The notes below the pieces were generated by a model. It worked only from the letters and a program-made list of their open reading frames with translations, did no database searches and was not told where the DNA came from. 64,000 nucleotides of DNA, from NCBI GenBank assembly GCA_964511015.1, contig CAZEDX010000002.1:197-64196 (forward strand), given 5' to 3'. Source of the stretch: an uncultured bacterium (lineage in GTDB: Bacteria > Lernaellota > Lernaellaia > Lernaellales > Lernaellaceae). The translations under genes and the position numbers were made by a program. Shown in pieces: positions 1-9,700 of this stretch; position 1 is the stretch's first letter; each line of letters begins with the position of its first letter.

Positions 1-2
1 CG

Positions 3-1340
3 CACCGGGCCTGGTGGAGCAACGGCCGGCTCTCGCTGGCGTCGTGGTGGCGCCTGGGCACGAACTACGCCACCGCCGTCACGACCGACCAACTCGCCGC
101 ACTGATCGCCGATTCCGTGCGCCTGCGCTTGCGTTCGGATTTCCCCACCGGCCTGTTTCTTTCCGGCGGGCTCGATTCATCGGGTCTGTTGGCGACAATG
201 ACTCGCTTCTCCGGCGCGGTGCACACCTTCACCGCCACGTTGTCGGGCCTGCGCGCCGTGCGCCACGCCGGTCCACTGCAGGCGCGCTTCGGCAACCGCC
301 ACCACGATGTCGCGGTCGGGCCGGAAGCCATGGCGCATTGGCCGCGCATTGTTTGGCATTACGACGAGCTCAATGCCGACCCGGCGTCGCTGCCGATGTA
401 CGTGCTGGCGCGGCACGCCCGGCAACACGTCAAGGCGGTGCTATCGGGTGAAGGCGCCGACGAGGTGTTTGTCGGCTACGAACGCGCGGCGATTCTGCGC
501 TGGGCCTGGTCCTTGGCGCGCGTGGCACCGGCGGGCGCGTTGCGGCTGATCCCCGCCTTGCTGCGGCGCCTGCCGCCGCGTTGGGGCAACCTGCTGTTCC
601 GCTACTACTCGATTCTGGTTCCCGAAGGGATCGACCGACTGCAGCAGTTCCTGATCGATCTGCCCTCGCCCATCCGCGCGTATCTCGGCGTGCAATCGGT
701 GCTGATGCCCGGCGAGGCCGCGGCGCTGCTGTTGCCCGAGCACGCGCGCGACATCGGCGCGGATCGTCTGGCGGAAAAGCTGATGGCGCCGTGGTTCACC
801 CATGAGCCCGGTCCGGCCGCGGTGGGCGACATGCTGCGCTTCGAGCTGGCCAACCGCTTGCCGACCGACCTGCTGCTCAAAAGCGACGCCATGACCATGG
901 CGCACGGCCTCGAGTGCCGCGTGCCGTATCTCGACTACCGCCTGGTAGAAGCGGCGATGCGCCTGCCGCTTCGCGAACACCTGGGTCTGGCGACCAACAA
1001 GAAGCGGCTGCGCGCGGCGCTGGCGCGCGTATTGCCGCCGCACGTGGCGCAAGCCGGCAAGGAGAACTTCTTCGTGCCGATCCACCTCTGGCTCGACCGC
1101 GCGCGTCCGTGGATGGAAGAACTGCTCGCGGAAAAGCGCCTGCGCGAGCAAAGCATCTTCCGGCCGGAGGCGGTGCGGCAGATGATCGACCGCTACCGGG
1201 CCGGCGGCTTGTACTATGCCCGGCCATTGTGGAGTCTTTTGCACTATCAGCTCTGGCACCACATCTATTTGGAAAACGGCGGAGCTCAGCCGCCTGAGGA
1301 GGATGGTCCGCACCTGTCGCCGGGAGGATGCAACGAGTAA
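3..1340 (+). CDS. Asparagine synthetase (glutamine-hydrolysing) family amidotransferase, C-terminal synthetase domain; 5'-partial (runs off window start)
   Basis: Frame 3 is open from the window edge to the stop at 1340. PP-loop ATP-pyrophosphatase motif LSGGLDSS sits near the start of the fragment. The remaining ~400 aa look like the AsnB/WbpS-type synthetase domain. The N-terminal glutaminase domain must lie upstream of the window. Confidence 0.8.
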   Translation, partial: HRAWWSNGRLSLASWWRLGTNYATAVTTDQLAALIADSVRLRLRSDFPTGLFLSGGLDSSGLLATMTRFSGAVHTFTATLSGLRAVRHAGPLQARFGNRHHDVAVGPEAMAHWPRIVWHYDELNADPASLPMYVLARHARQHVKAVLSGEGADEVFVGYERAAILRWAWSLARVAPAGALRLIPALLRRLPPRWGNLLFRYYSILVPEGIDRLQQFLIDLPSPIRAYLGVQSVLMPGEAAALLLPEHARDIGADRLAEKLMAPWFTHEPGPAAVGDMLRFELANRLPTDLLLKSDAMTMAHGLECRVPYLDYRLVEAAMRLPLREHLGLATNKKRLRAALARVLPPHVAQAGKENFFVPIHLWLDRARPWMEELLAEKRLREQSIFRPEAVRQMIDRYRAGGLYYARPLWSLLHYQLWHHIYLENGGAQPPEEDGPHLSPGGCNE

Positions 1341-1618
1341 AAATATCGCGCGCTTTTTGGATGGCCTTCGCGCTGTTAATTAGTTTGGCCCCGGTGACCG
1401 CCGGTTGCGCGAATGAGTCGGCGTCGGGCAATGACGAGGATACCGGCCCGCCACCGGTTGACGACGACACCACCGATGCGGACGACGACGCGATCGATAA
1501 CGGAGTCGTGCATTTCCCGGCCGGATTCCAATTCGGAACCGCCACCACGGGTTTTTTCGTGGACATGAGTGGACCCACCCTTTCCCTGGTGTTGTGCACC
1601 GACGCCAATTCCGACTAG
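1328..1618 (+). CDS. Possible small acidic lipoprotein (signal peptide + lipobox VTAGC + D-rich linker); may be a gene remnant
   Basis: Signal-peptide-like N-terminus MQRVKISRAFWMAFALLISLAPVTAGC followed by an Asp-rich low-complexity stretch. It ends abruptly after FPAGFQFGTATTGF. Downstream a similar motif (YQFGTSP) appears in another frame, and GC drops there. Real gene or decayed fragment is uncertain. Confidence 0.3.
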   Translation: MQRVKISRAFWMAFALLISLAPVTAGCANESASGNDEDTGPPPVDDDTTDADDDAIDNGVVHFPAGFQFGTATTGFFVDMSGPTLSLVLCTDANSD

Positions 1619-2242
1619 TACCAGTTCGGGACCTCGCCGGCGAAACAGTCAACGCGAGAACATGGCTAGGCGACTAAATTTTTTCGGCCTGAACAATTGC
1701 GCCTGCCTGACCGTGCCTGGGCTGCTGTTCTCGCTGACGCCGTGGTCTACGCACCGCGGCATGTTCGAGGTCGATATCGACAATACGAGCAAGCCGCGCT
1801 GCGCGAGGAACATCGTCAGCCGCTGTCGCTCGATCGCCAGAACAAACGAAAGCCCGCCGGAGCTCACCGCCGAGAATCCGATAGATTTCGAAAAAGAAGA
1901 ACTTTTCGAAACAACGATAGCGTGACGCGCCGTAAGGTGAAAACGGAAAAATCGCTTATATTACAAACATTTCGTTCATTTTCCACAATTCGTATTTTGG
2001 CACTTAATGTCACTTTTGCGACAAAAATCCCGTTGTTGAAACGTCCAATTCTGCCGATTACATATTTGCGAGAATCGGTTGACCAGAAATCAAAATTAAA
2101 GTACGCTATGAGGTTAAGTGACCTAGTGAAAAGGTTTTGTTGTGTTTTTTGTATCCGCCACGATCCTCCTCCCCATCGCTAGGAATCGTGTGAGGGTATT
2201 GGCCAATTCGGCTGAGGTTGGAACGAAGAGGAGAGAAACAGC

Positions 2243-5200
2243 ATGGCCGAACTGCAGGAGCGCACCCCGGGAACCGTCTGGCTAGGACACAGAAAAGAAG
2301 CGAGAAAATCCTATCGTAGAAAGACCCTTGCGAGGGTCAGCGATTTGACCGGTCCATTTTCCGATTCCGAAGCCTTGGTCATGGACCTCAGTCTCGACGG
2401 CGTGTATTTACGGACCAAGGATCATCCCCCCGTTGGCGAGCGCATCGGCATGAACTTGTATCTGCCGTCCGGCGCCAAGCGGCCGATTCACATCGCCGGC
2501 CAGATCGTGCGCAACGACGAGCGCGGGCTTGGGCTACGATTCGAAGAGCTGCAATCGCGCGACCGGGCGAAGATCCGGCATTACTCGGCCTTCGTCGAAC
2601 TCGACGAAGCGATTGTGGAACTGCAGAACAAGCTGAAGGGCACGGTTTCCGGCAATCTGTTGCCGGTGAGCGAATGGCGCCTGATCGAAGAACGCCTTCT
2701 TGCCGCCAGCGAGCGGCGTCTTCCGGTGCGTGTGGTCTACTCCTTGCGCACGGGGCAGTTCGCCGAAGGCGAATTACAGTATCAAAACTGCGAATTGCGT
2801 TTGCAGCACCTGAAGACTGCCCTGCCTGAGGGCACGCGTGTGGTGTATTGCATCGTTGACGACGGCCCATTGCATTCGGTGTTTGAAGGTTTGATTCTGG
2901 AAAAGGGCATCAACCCGCTGCTGGTTCTGCCCGAGCGCATGTATCACAACGAGCGCCGCTGGAGCCGCCGCGAGGCCGTGACCAACACCTGGATGGTGGT
3001 TGAAGCCCCCCATCTGGAAAAGAGAGAACTGCGGTTGTCAGTCAACGACCTGAGCGAAGGCGGTTGTTCCGTTATGGCCCACCGCGACGCCGCATTGACC
3101 GTCGGTATGCGCTTTCCGGCCTTCCAACTGCTGAACCATGGCCGGGTATACAACCACGACGGCGCGACGATTACGCGCGTGACGCCCCAACCGCCGGAAG
3201 GCTGGTTGCTGGGCTTGAACTTCCTCGACCAGTCGCAGGACCGCGACGCCTTCGCCGAGATCAAAGACCGCAGCCTGCGCTCGAACTTCTGGACTTCGCT
3301 GCAGCGGGTCACCGGCATGGCACGCGACAAGATCACCCGCATGGTCGGCGGCAAGGCGGATGCGACCCGCGAGCGTCTGCACTTGGCGCACTACAAGAAC
3401 ACCCGCGGCGACATGGTGGCCGCGCTGCTCGACGCGACCTTCGACCTCAACGGCGACGCCCCGCCGGTGGACGTGGCCGTGGTCATCGGTCCGCCCTTCC
3501 CCGTGCGCAAAGAGGTCTTCAGCCTGCTGGCGCGCACGCTGATCGACAACTTCGCGGCGCAGGGTCTGCAAGCGGTGGTTTGCCGTTTCGACCTGACGCA
3601 TGCGTTGGGCGAAAGCGAAGTCGACCCGGAAATGGAGGCGAAGGGACACCCGTACCTGCGGTGGACCTACTCGCACCTCGAATCCGATATGATCGGTAGT
3701 TTCTCCTATCTGGAGCGCCGGTTCCGGCCGCGCAAGCGCGTTGTGGTCGCCTACTCGGTGGCCGCCATCGCCGCACGGCGTATGGTCGCCGACGGCAATA
3801 AGCCGCCGGTCGACCTGTTCATCGCGCCGTTCGGCTGCCCGGACGGCCAGGACATGTTCAAGAACCTGCTGGCGGGCGTCGACCTCTTTCCGATCTACCT
3901 GCGCGGCGAGAAGGCCGAACCGTTCCTGATTTACGGCCGCCTCTCCGACCCGAGCGGCGTGTTGCCCGACGCAATCAAACGCGGCATGGCGTTCCTCGAA
4001 GACGCGCGCAAAGACATGTCGAAGATCACCGTGCCGGTGGTGTGGATTGTCGGCACTTATGACTTCATGGTCACGCGCTCCCGTGTGCGTCAGATGCTCA
4101 ACGCGCCGGGCGGTGGTCCGCGCGAAATCATCGAAGTGGCCACCGGGCACAATCCGAAGATCGGCAGCGAGGCCATTGAATCGTTCAAGATCATCAGCGA
4201 GTCGATCAGCAAACACCTGTTCAACAACGCTCGCCCCGCCATCGAGCCCGACCTGGTCCGCGCCCAGCGGCAGTACGAGATCGAATGGGCGCGCACCAAG
4301 CGCAAGAAGTTCGTCAACGCCGCGGAGTACTGGAATCGTCACCTGTTCGGCACCGAGAAGTCAAAAGAAGGCTACGACGTGCTGCTCTACAACCCCGATT
4401 ACGTCGAATTTATCGAAAAGCAGGTCGACCTGCTCGATGTGCAGCCGGGCCACCGCGTGGCGGACATCGGTTGCGGCACGGGCAATTTGTCGGTCAAGTT
4501 GCTGGAGAAGAACGCGTTCAAGGCGCTGGACCTGAACTGCCTCGACCTGGTGCCCAACGCAGTCGACTGTACGCGCGGGAAAATCCAGGCCATGATCGCC
4601 AGTCCGGACGGCAGTTGCCGCAACGTGAATCTACATTGCCGGGTGGTCGATCTGGAAGCCGCTCGCCTTACCTGCTGGCAGGAATTCCTGTCCGGCCAGT
4701 TGCACGGGGTCGGCGCGGTCATCGGCCGCATCGAAGGACTGAATGCTCCCGCCATCCGCAAGATCGAACAGCACTACGGGCCGGAAATCCACCGCATCCT
4801 GCGCGGCGAAAAGGCGACGGTGAGCGACGTCCGCCGCTTGGTGACGGAGTTGGACGAAACCGAAGCCGAACTGGTGCTCGAGTTGTCGATGGCCAGCCGG
4901 TTCCTATTGGGCCGCACGCTGCCGGACGACCTGCGTCCGGGTGCGACCGTGGCGACCACTGCGGCCGATCTACGATTCCAACACCTGCATTTCGGACAGG
5001 CCAGCCCCACCTGCCGCATCGATTGCCCCGACGGGGCGTTCGACCGCATCGGTGGCTCGCTCATCCTGCCCTATCTCTACGACCCGGGCGCCGTACTGCG
5101 CGAATTGCGCCGCATGTTGGCGCCGGGCGGTGTGCTGGTGCTCTCCAGCCTCAAGCCGAATTTCGACTCGTCGAAGTCGTATCTCGAAGAAGCCGAAACG

Positions 5201-5440
5201 ATCAGCAAGCGCAAGGATCTGACCGATCTCGAGCGCGAACGGCTGCTGGCCAGCCTACGCGAGTTCTCGGCGTTTGTCGCGAGCATCATGGAAATGGAAG
5301 ACGAAGGTCGCTTCCGGTTCTTCGCGGCGGATGAATTCGCCAGCCTGGTGCGAGATGCCGGCTTCGTGAACGTGCAGACCGCGGAGAGCTTCGGCAAGCC
5401 GCCGACCGCCGTGATTGTGCGCGCGGAAAAAGGACGATGA
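2243..5440 (+). CDS. Multidomain c-di-GMP effector candidate: tandem PilZ domains + alpha/beta-hydrolase-like middle region + C-terminal class I SAM-dependent methyltransferase
   Basis: RBS GAGGAGAG lies 7 nt upstream of the ATG. PilZ motif pair 1 is RKSYRR...DLSLDG. PilZ motif pair 2 is RRWSRRE...NDLSEGG. A central region carries a nucleophile-elbow-like AYSVA plus a later GHNP. The methyltransferase motif I is VADIGCGTGNL, followed by LAPGGVLVL. Stop overlaps the next gene start (ATGA). Confidence 0.85.
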   Translation: MAELQERTPGTVWLGHRKEARKSYRRKTLARVSDLTGPFSDSEALVMDLSLDGVYLRTKDHPPVGERIGMNLYLPSGAKRPIHIAGQIVRNDERGLGLRFEELQSRDRAKIRHYSAFVELDEAIVELQNKLKGTVSGNLLPVSEWRLIEERLLAASERRLPVRVVYSLRTGQFAEGELQYQNCELRLQHLKTALPEGTRVVYCIVDDGPLHSVFEGLILEKGINPLLVLPERMYHNERRWSRREAVTNTWMVVEAPHLEKRELRLSVNDLSEGGCSVMAHRDAALTVGMRFPAFQLLNHGRVYNHDGATITRVTPQPPEGWLLGLNFLDQSQDRDAFAEIKDRSLRSNFWTSLQRVTGMARDKITRMVGGKADATRERLHLAHYKNTRGDMVAALLDATFDLNGDAPPVDVAVVIGPPFPVRKEVFSLLARTLIDNFAAQGLQAVVCRFDLTHALGESEVDPEMEAKGHPYLRWTYSHLESDMIGSFSYLERRFRPRKRVVVAYSVAAIAARRMVADGNKPPVDLFIAPFGCPDGQDMFKNLLAGVDLFPIYLRGEKAEPFLIYGRLSDPSGVLPDAIKRGMAFLEDARKDMSKITVPVVWIVGTYDFMVTRSRVRQMLNAPGGGPREIIEVATGHNPKIGSEAIESFKIISESISKHLFNNARPAIEPDLVRAQRQYEIEWARTKRKKFVNAAEYWNRHLFGTEKSKEGYDVLLYNPDYVEFIEKQVDLLDVQPGHRVADIGCGTGNLSVKLLEKNAFKALDLNCLDLVPNAVDCTRGKIQAMIASPDGSCRNVNLHCRVVDLEAARLTCWQEFLSGQLHGVGAVIGRIEGLNAPAIRKIEQHYGPEIHRILRGEKATVSDVRRLVTELDETEAELVLELSMASRFLLGRTLPDDLRPGATVATTAADLRFQHLHFGQASPTCRIDCPDGAFDRIGGSLILPYLYDPGAVLRELRRMLAPGGVLVLSSLKPNFDSSKSYLEEAETISKRKDLTDLERERLLASLREFSAFVASIMEMEDEGRFRFFAADEFASLVRDAGFVNVQTAESFGKPPTAVIVRAEKGR

Positions 5441-8043
5441 GCGAAGCGCAGTCCCCGACGCTCGAACAGACGCCACAGTTCCGGGAACGCCTTGTTTTCG
5501 AAACGCACGAACTGTTGGTGTCGCGTCTGCGCTATCTACTGATCATCGCCTGCTTCCTGTATTCCGCCTTCGTCATTCTGGATTTCGCCACTTCGCCGGA
5601 GCATGCTTGGCTCTTCTTGGCGATGCGCCTGTTCGTGATCGTCAATTACATCGCCGGCATCGCGCTGCTGGCCACGCAGGTCGGGCGCAAGATCGTGCTG
5701 CCGCTGTCGGTCTGGTCGGTCTTCGTCTCGAACCTGGGCGTGGTCGTGATGACCATCTATCTCGGCGGCTTCGCCAGCGTCTACTACATCGGCATCGTGT
5801 TCATTATTTTCGTCGCCGGCCTGTTCCTGCCGTGGACGGTGGCGCCGACGGTCACGCTCGGCCTATTGACCATAGGCAGCTACTTCCTGCTTAACTTCCT
5901 ACTGACCTTCACGCCGGATGTACCGGCCGCGCAGATTCTGCAGCCGTTCTTTTTCATGGGCGGCGCGGTGGTGTTCACGATCTTCGCCAACATCGGCCAA
6001 GCGCGCACCCGGCAACGCGACCTCGCCCAGCGCATGCAGATCGAAAAGGCCAACGAGGATCTCAAGGAACTCGACAAGGCCAAAATGCGCTTTTTCTCCA
6101 ACGTCAGCCACGAACTGCGCAGCCCGCTGACGCTGATTCTCGGCCCGCTGGAGGCCATGCTGCAGGGCGAGTCGCCCATGGATTCGCGGCCGCTGCTGGA
6201 AGCCATGGAGACCAACGCCCGCCGGCTGCTGCGGCAGGTCAACACGTTGTTGGATTTCGCCAAGATCGACGCCGGCAAGCTCGAGTGCAAGTTTGCCTAC
6301 GGCAACATCGGCCGCTTGCTCGAAGAGTTGCATCGCGCCACCTTCCCCCATACCGAACGCCGGCGCATTGCGCTTACGCTGGAAGGCACGGCGGATCTGC
6401 CCGATTCGATCCTCGACATCAACAAGGCCGAAACGATCGCCGCCAACCTGATCTCCAACGCGGTGAAATTCACACCCGACGGCGGCCGGATCGCGATCCG
6501 CGCCGGCTTCGACGAAGACCGCGTGTGGTTCGAGGTCGAGGACACCGGCAGCGGCATTCCGGAAGACCAGCTCAGCCGCATTTTCGAACGTTTTCTGCAA
6601 CTCGACGACGCCCTCTCCCGCCGCGCCGAGGGCACGGGCCTGGGCCTGGCCATGGTGCAGGAACTGACCAAACTGCACGGCGGCCGGGTCAATGTGAAAT
6701 CTCAGGTCGGCGTCGGCACCACCTTCACGGTGGAACTACCGCGCCGTCCGGACGTCAAACCGATCGATCGCCGCCGCATCATCGGCCGTCGCAAGATCGA
6801 CCAGTTGGCGCAAGAACGCACGATCTCGATGCTCGGCGTGACCTACGAACAACGTTCGGGCACCAAGACGCTGCTGGCCGATGTCGCCGGCGCGCGCCTG
6901 ACCGGCGGCGTGTTGAGCGACCAGGAAGTCAAACAGACGGCCCCGCCGGACGCGCAGAAGGTACTGGTGGTCGACGACAACCCCGATATTCGCACCTTCA
7001 TAGCCAGCAACCTGACGGCGGAATACCGCATCGCAATGGCCGGCGACGGCATTGAAGCGCTCGAGGTCGCGTCCCGCTTCCAGCCCGATCTGATCATTTC
7101 AGACATCATGATGCCGCGAATGGACGGCTACGAACTGTGCCGCCGCATTCGCGAAGACAAGACGTTGAACCAGACGCCGATCATTCTGGCCACCTCGAAA
7201 TCCGGCAGCGAGGCGGTGGTCGAAGGTTTGCAGACCGGCGCCAACGACTACATCGCCAAGCCCTTCGAGATCCGAGAACTGCGGGCGCGCGTGGCGGCCC
7301 ACCTGCGCACCCGGCGCTTGGAGCGCAGCTTGAACGAGCGCGAGAGCCGGTTGGCGGCGATCGGCCAGATGACCAGTTCGATCGTGCACGACCTGAAAAA
7401 CCCGTTGAGCACGATCATCGGTTTCGCCGAGATGGCCAAAGAAGACGCCCAACTCGGCAACACCAAGGATCTGGCGGCGAATCTCGACCCGGTAATCACC
7501 GAATCCCGCCGCCTTGGCCGCATGATCGCCGAAGTGCTGGATTTCGCGCGCGGCTACAGCGCCGAGGTCAACCTCGAACCGACCGCGCTGGTGCCCTATC
7601 TGTCCATGGCCTACACCACGTGGAAAGGCAAGTTGGAGCAGCTGGGCATTGAGTTGATCGCCGAACACCGGATTCCCGAACGACTGCAAATCAATCTGGA
7701 CCCGGATCGCATGATGCGGGTCATGGAGAACCTCTTCCGCAACGCACAGGAAGCATTGGCGGGTGAAGGTCGCGACCCCAAGGGCAAGCACGTCTGGTTG
7801 ACCACCGATGCCGACGGCGAAACCGTCAAGATTCGCGTGGCCGACGACGGCCCGGGCATTCCCGACGAACTGGCGGCACGGCTGTTCGAACCGTTTGCCA
7901 CCGCCGGCAAGAAATCGGGAACCGGCCTGGGGCTGGCCACCGTGCGGAATCTCGTGAAAGCGCAAGGGGGCGAGATTTCGGTGGTGCCCAAGTGTCCGGA
8001 GGGCGGCGCGGCTTTTGTCATGACTTTCCCGGTCCAAGCGTAG
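5437..8043 (+). CDS. Hybrid sensor histidine kinase with membrane sensor, HisKA+HATPase, receiver, then a second HisKA+HATPase core
   Basis: About 6 N-terminal TM helices. First H-box FFSNVSHELRSPL and G2 box GTGLGLA. Receiver: VLVVDDNPDIR...DLIISDIMMPRMDG. Second H-box IVHDLKNPLSTI with N box NLFRNAQEA, DDGPGIP and GTGLGLATV. Translationally coupled to the upstream gene. Confidence 0.9.
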   Translation: MSEAQSPTLEQTPQFRERLVFETHELLVSRLRYLLIIACFLYSAFVILDFATSPEHAWLFLAMRLFVIVNYIAGIALLATQVGRKIVLPLSVWSVFVSNLGVVVMTIYLGGFASVYYIGIVFIIFVAGLFLPWTVAPTVTLGLLTIGSYFLLNFLLTFTPDVPAAQILQPFFFMGGAVVFTIFANIGQARTRQRDLAQRMQIEKANEDLKELDKAKMRFFSNVSHELRSPLTLILGPLEAMLQGESPMDSRPLLEAMETNARRLLRQVNTLLDFAKIDAGKLECKFAYGNIGRLLEELHRATFPHTERRRIALTLEGTADLPDSILDINKAETIAANLISNAVKFTPDGGRIAIRAGFDEDRVWFEVEDTGSGIPEDQLSRIFERFLQLDDALSRRAEGTGLGLAMVQELTKLHGGRVNVKSQVGVGTTFTVELPRRPDVKPIDRRRIIGRRKIDQLAQERTISMLGVTYEQRSGTKTLLADVAGARLTGGVLSDQEVKQTAPPDAQKVLVVDDNPDIRTFIASNLTAEYRIAMAGDGIEALEVASRFQPDLIISDIMMPRMDGYELCRRIREDKTLNQTPIILATSKSGSEAVVEGLQTGANDYIAKPFEIRELRARVAAHLRTRRLERSLNERESRLAAIGQMTSSIVHDLKNPLSTIIGFAEMAKEDAQLGNTKDLAANLDPVITESRRLGRMIAEVLDFARGYSAEVNLEPTALVPYLSMAYTTWKGKLEQLGIELIAEHRIPERLQINLDPDRMMRVMENLFRNAQEALAGEGRDPKGKHVWLTTDADGETVKIRVADDGPGIPDELAARLFEPFATAGKKSGTGLGLATVRNLVKAQGGEISVVPKCPEGGAAFVMTFPVQA

Positions 8044-8107
8044 TAGGATCAGGCGGCAGACAAGCCGCCCCGACTGAGTACGAACAGCGCACAAGGGGGA
8101 GAGGATC

Positions 8108-9190
8108 GTGGAAGAAGCCAAACGCATTCTGGTTGTTGACGACGAGGAGATGATCCGCCGCTTGTCGTCCACCCTCCTGACCCGGTTGGGTTACGAGGTG
8201 ACCGAAGCCGTCGACGGCGTGGATGGCCTGGAAAAGGTTATCGCCAACCCGCCCGACCTGATCCTGCTGGACATTCAGATGCCTCGGATGGACGGTTTGG
8301 AAGTCGCCCGACGCCTGAAGGAATCGCCCGACACCAAACACATTCCGATCGTCATCGTTTCGTCCTTCTCCGATCTCGAACCGCGGGTGAAAGCGCTGGA
8401 GATCGGCGTCGACGACTTCCTGTCCAAACCGGTCGACCGCACTGAACTGCGCGCGCGTGTGCAATCGTTGCTCAAGGTCAAGGCCTACAACGACCACATG
8501 TTGCACTATCAGAAGGTGCTCGAAGAGGAAGTCATCAAGCGCACCGAACAGCTGCGCCTGGCCTACGACGAATTGAAGACCACGACCGATCGTCTGCAAC
8601 GCGCGTCGCTCGACACGATCTTCCGGCTGTCGCAGGCGGCGGAATACAAGGACGAAGACACCGGCAGCCACATCAAGCGGATGGGCTACTACTCGGCGAC
8701 CATCGCCCGCCAGTTGAACATGAACGATGCGGAAGTGGAGGCGATCCTCTACGCCGCGCCGATGCACGATATCGGCAAGATCGGCATACCCGACCGCATT
8801 CTGCTCAAGCCCGGCAAGCTCGACAAAGACGAATGGGAAACGATGAAACAACATACGGTGATCGGCAAGGATCTGCTCAAGGGGTCCGAATCCGAATTGC
8901 TGCGCATGGGCGAAACCATCGCCTTGTCGCACCACGAGAAGTGGGACGGAACCGGCTATCCGGTCGGCATGCGGGCCGCCGACATTCCGCTGGTCGGCCG
9001 CATTACCGCAATCGCCGATGTCTTCGATGCGCTGACCTCGCGCCGACCTTATAAGGATCCCTTCCCCGTCGAAAAAGCGCTGGCCATTATCCAAGAGAAC
9101 CGGGGCACGCACTTCGACCCGACGGTTGTCGACGCGTTTTTCACGGTTAAAGACAAGATCATGGAAATCCGGGTTGGCTGGCCGGAATAA
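8108..9190 (+). CDS. Response regulator with HD-GYP c-di-GMP phosphodiesterase domain (RpfG-like)
   Basis: GTG start preceded by GGGGGAGAGGA. REC motifs ILVVDDEE...DLILLDIQMPRMDG. HD-GYP motifs HDIGKIGIP and HHEKWDGTGYP. Confidence 0.9.
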   Translation: MEEAKRILVVDDEEMIRRLSSTLLTRLGYEVTEAVDGVDGLEKVIANPPDLILLDIQMPRMDGLEVARRLKESPDTKHIPIVIVSSFSDLEPRVKALEIGVDDFLSKPVDRTELRARVQSLLKVKAYNDHMLHYQKVLEEEVIKRTEQLRLAYDELKTTTDRLQRASLDTIFRLSQAAEYKDEDTGSHIKRMGYYSATIARQLNMNDAEVEAILYAAPMHDIGKIGIPDRILLKPGKLDKDEWETMKQHTVIGKDLLKGSESELLRMGETIALSHHEKWDGTGYPVGMRAADIPLVGRITAIADVFDALTSRRPYKDPFPVEKALAIIQENRGTHFDPTVVDAFFTVKDKIMEIRVGWPE

Positions 9191-9220
9191 CGGTTTTCTG
9201 GCTTTTAGGGAACCGGAATA

Positions 9221-9520
9221 CTAACTGGCGTGGCGCATCTCGGGCGGCTGGTTCAGCCACTCCATTGAGGCGCTTGTCACCCTGAACGACAGCCGGCCGT
9301 AGAAACCGGCGGCCTTGGCCTTTTCCAGCAACATGGCCATACCCATCATGGACAGGCCCTGAGCGTGGCTGAGATCGACCACGGCCACCCGCTCGGTGGC
9401 TTTTAGAATCTGCTCCAGACGGCTGACCATGGCCAAGCCGCAGGCGCTGTCCAGCTCACCGGTTACAAACATAACTATTCGATTTGACGTCCATATTTCG
9501 TTCCAACCGGCATCCTTCAT
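9221..9520 (-). CDS. STAS-domain protein (anti-sigma-factor antagonist SpoIIAA-like)
   Basis: STAS-like sequence VTGELDSACGLAMV...VAVVDLSHAQGLSMMGMAMLL. Start moved to the internal ATG at 9520 because AAGGAG sits 9 nt upstream on the minus strand. The longer ORF to 9604 has no RBS. Confidence 0.65.
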   Translation of the reverse strand: MKDAGWNEIWTSNRIVMFVTGELDSACGLAMVSRLEQILKATERVAVVDLSHAQGLSMMGMAMLLEKAKAAGFYGRLSFRVTSASMEWLNQPPEMRHAS

Positions 9521-9681
9521 CACATTGCACTCCTTTGCGTCATACCCAACGACGCTTGCGCGCCTTCTCCTTACCTGCTGGCGTGCTGCCGAACCATTCG
9601 ACACACGGAAACCCCGATTTGTTCACGCCGTACACGTAAAACAATTCCAATCTCACGGCGCATCTTTTTCAAGGTACAAGT

Positions 9682-9700
9682 ATATCGGCAGATATCGGCA
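9682..9700. promoter_or_regulatory. Tandem direct repeat ATATCGGCA-g-ATATCGGCA in the divergent intergenic region between the STAS gene and the macA-like gene
   Basis: Exact 9-nt direct repeat with 10-bp period, read directly from the sequence. Candidate transcription-factor binding site. Confidence 0.3.

Noticed and set aside
3038-4342. 434-aa ORF on the minus strand, antisense to the PilZ-methyltransferase gene
   Set aside because: Shadow ORF typical of high-GC DNA. Arg/Ala/Gly/Val-rich low-complexity translation with no motifs. Fully contained in a sense ORF with clear PilZ and methyltransferase signatures.
7099-9112. Two long minus-strand ORFs (357 aa and 364 aa) antisense to the hybrid kinase and HD-GYP genes
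   Set aside because: Same reasoning. Biased composition and no domains. The opposite strand encodes proteins with unambiguous H-box, REC and HD-GYP motifs.
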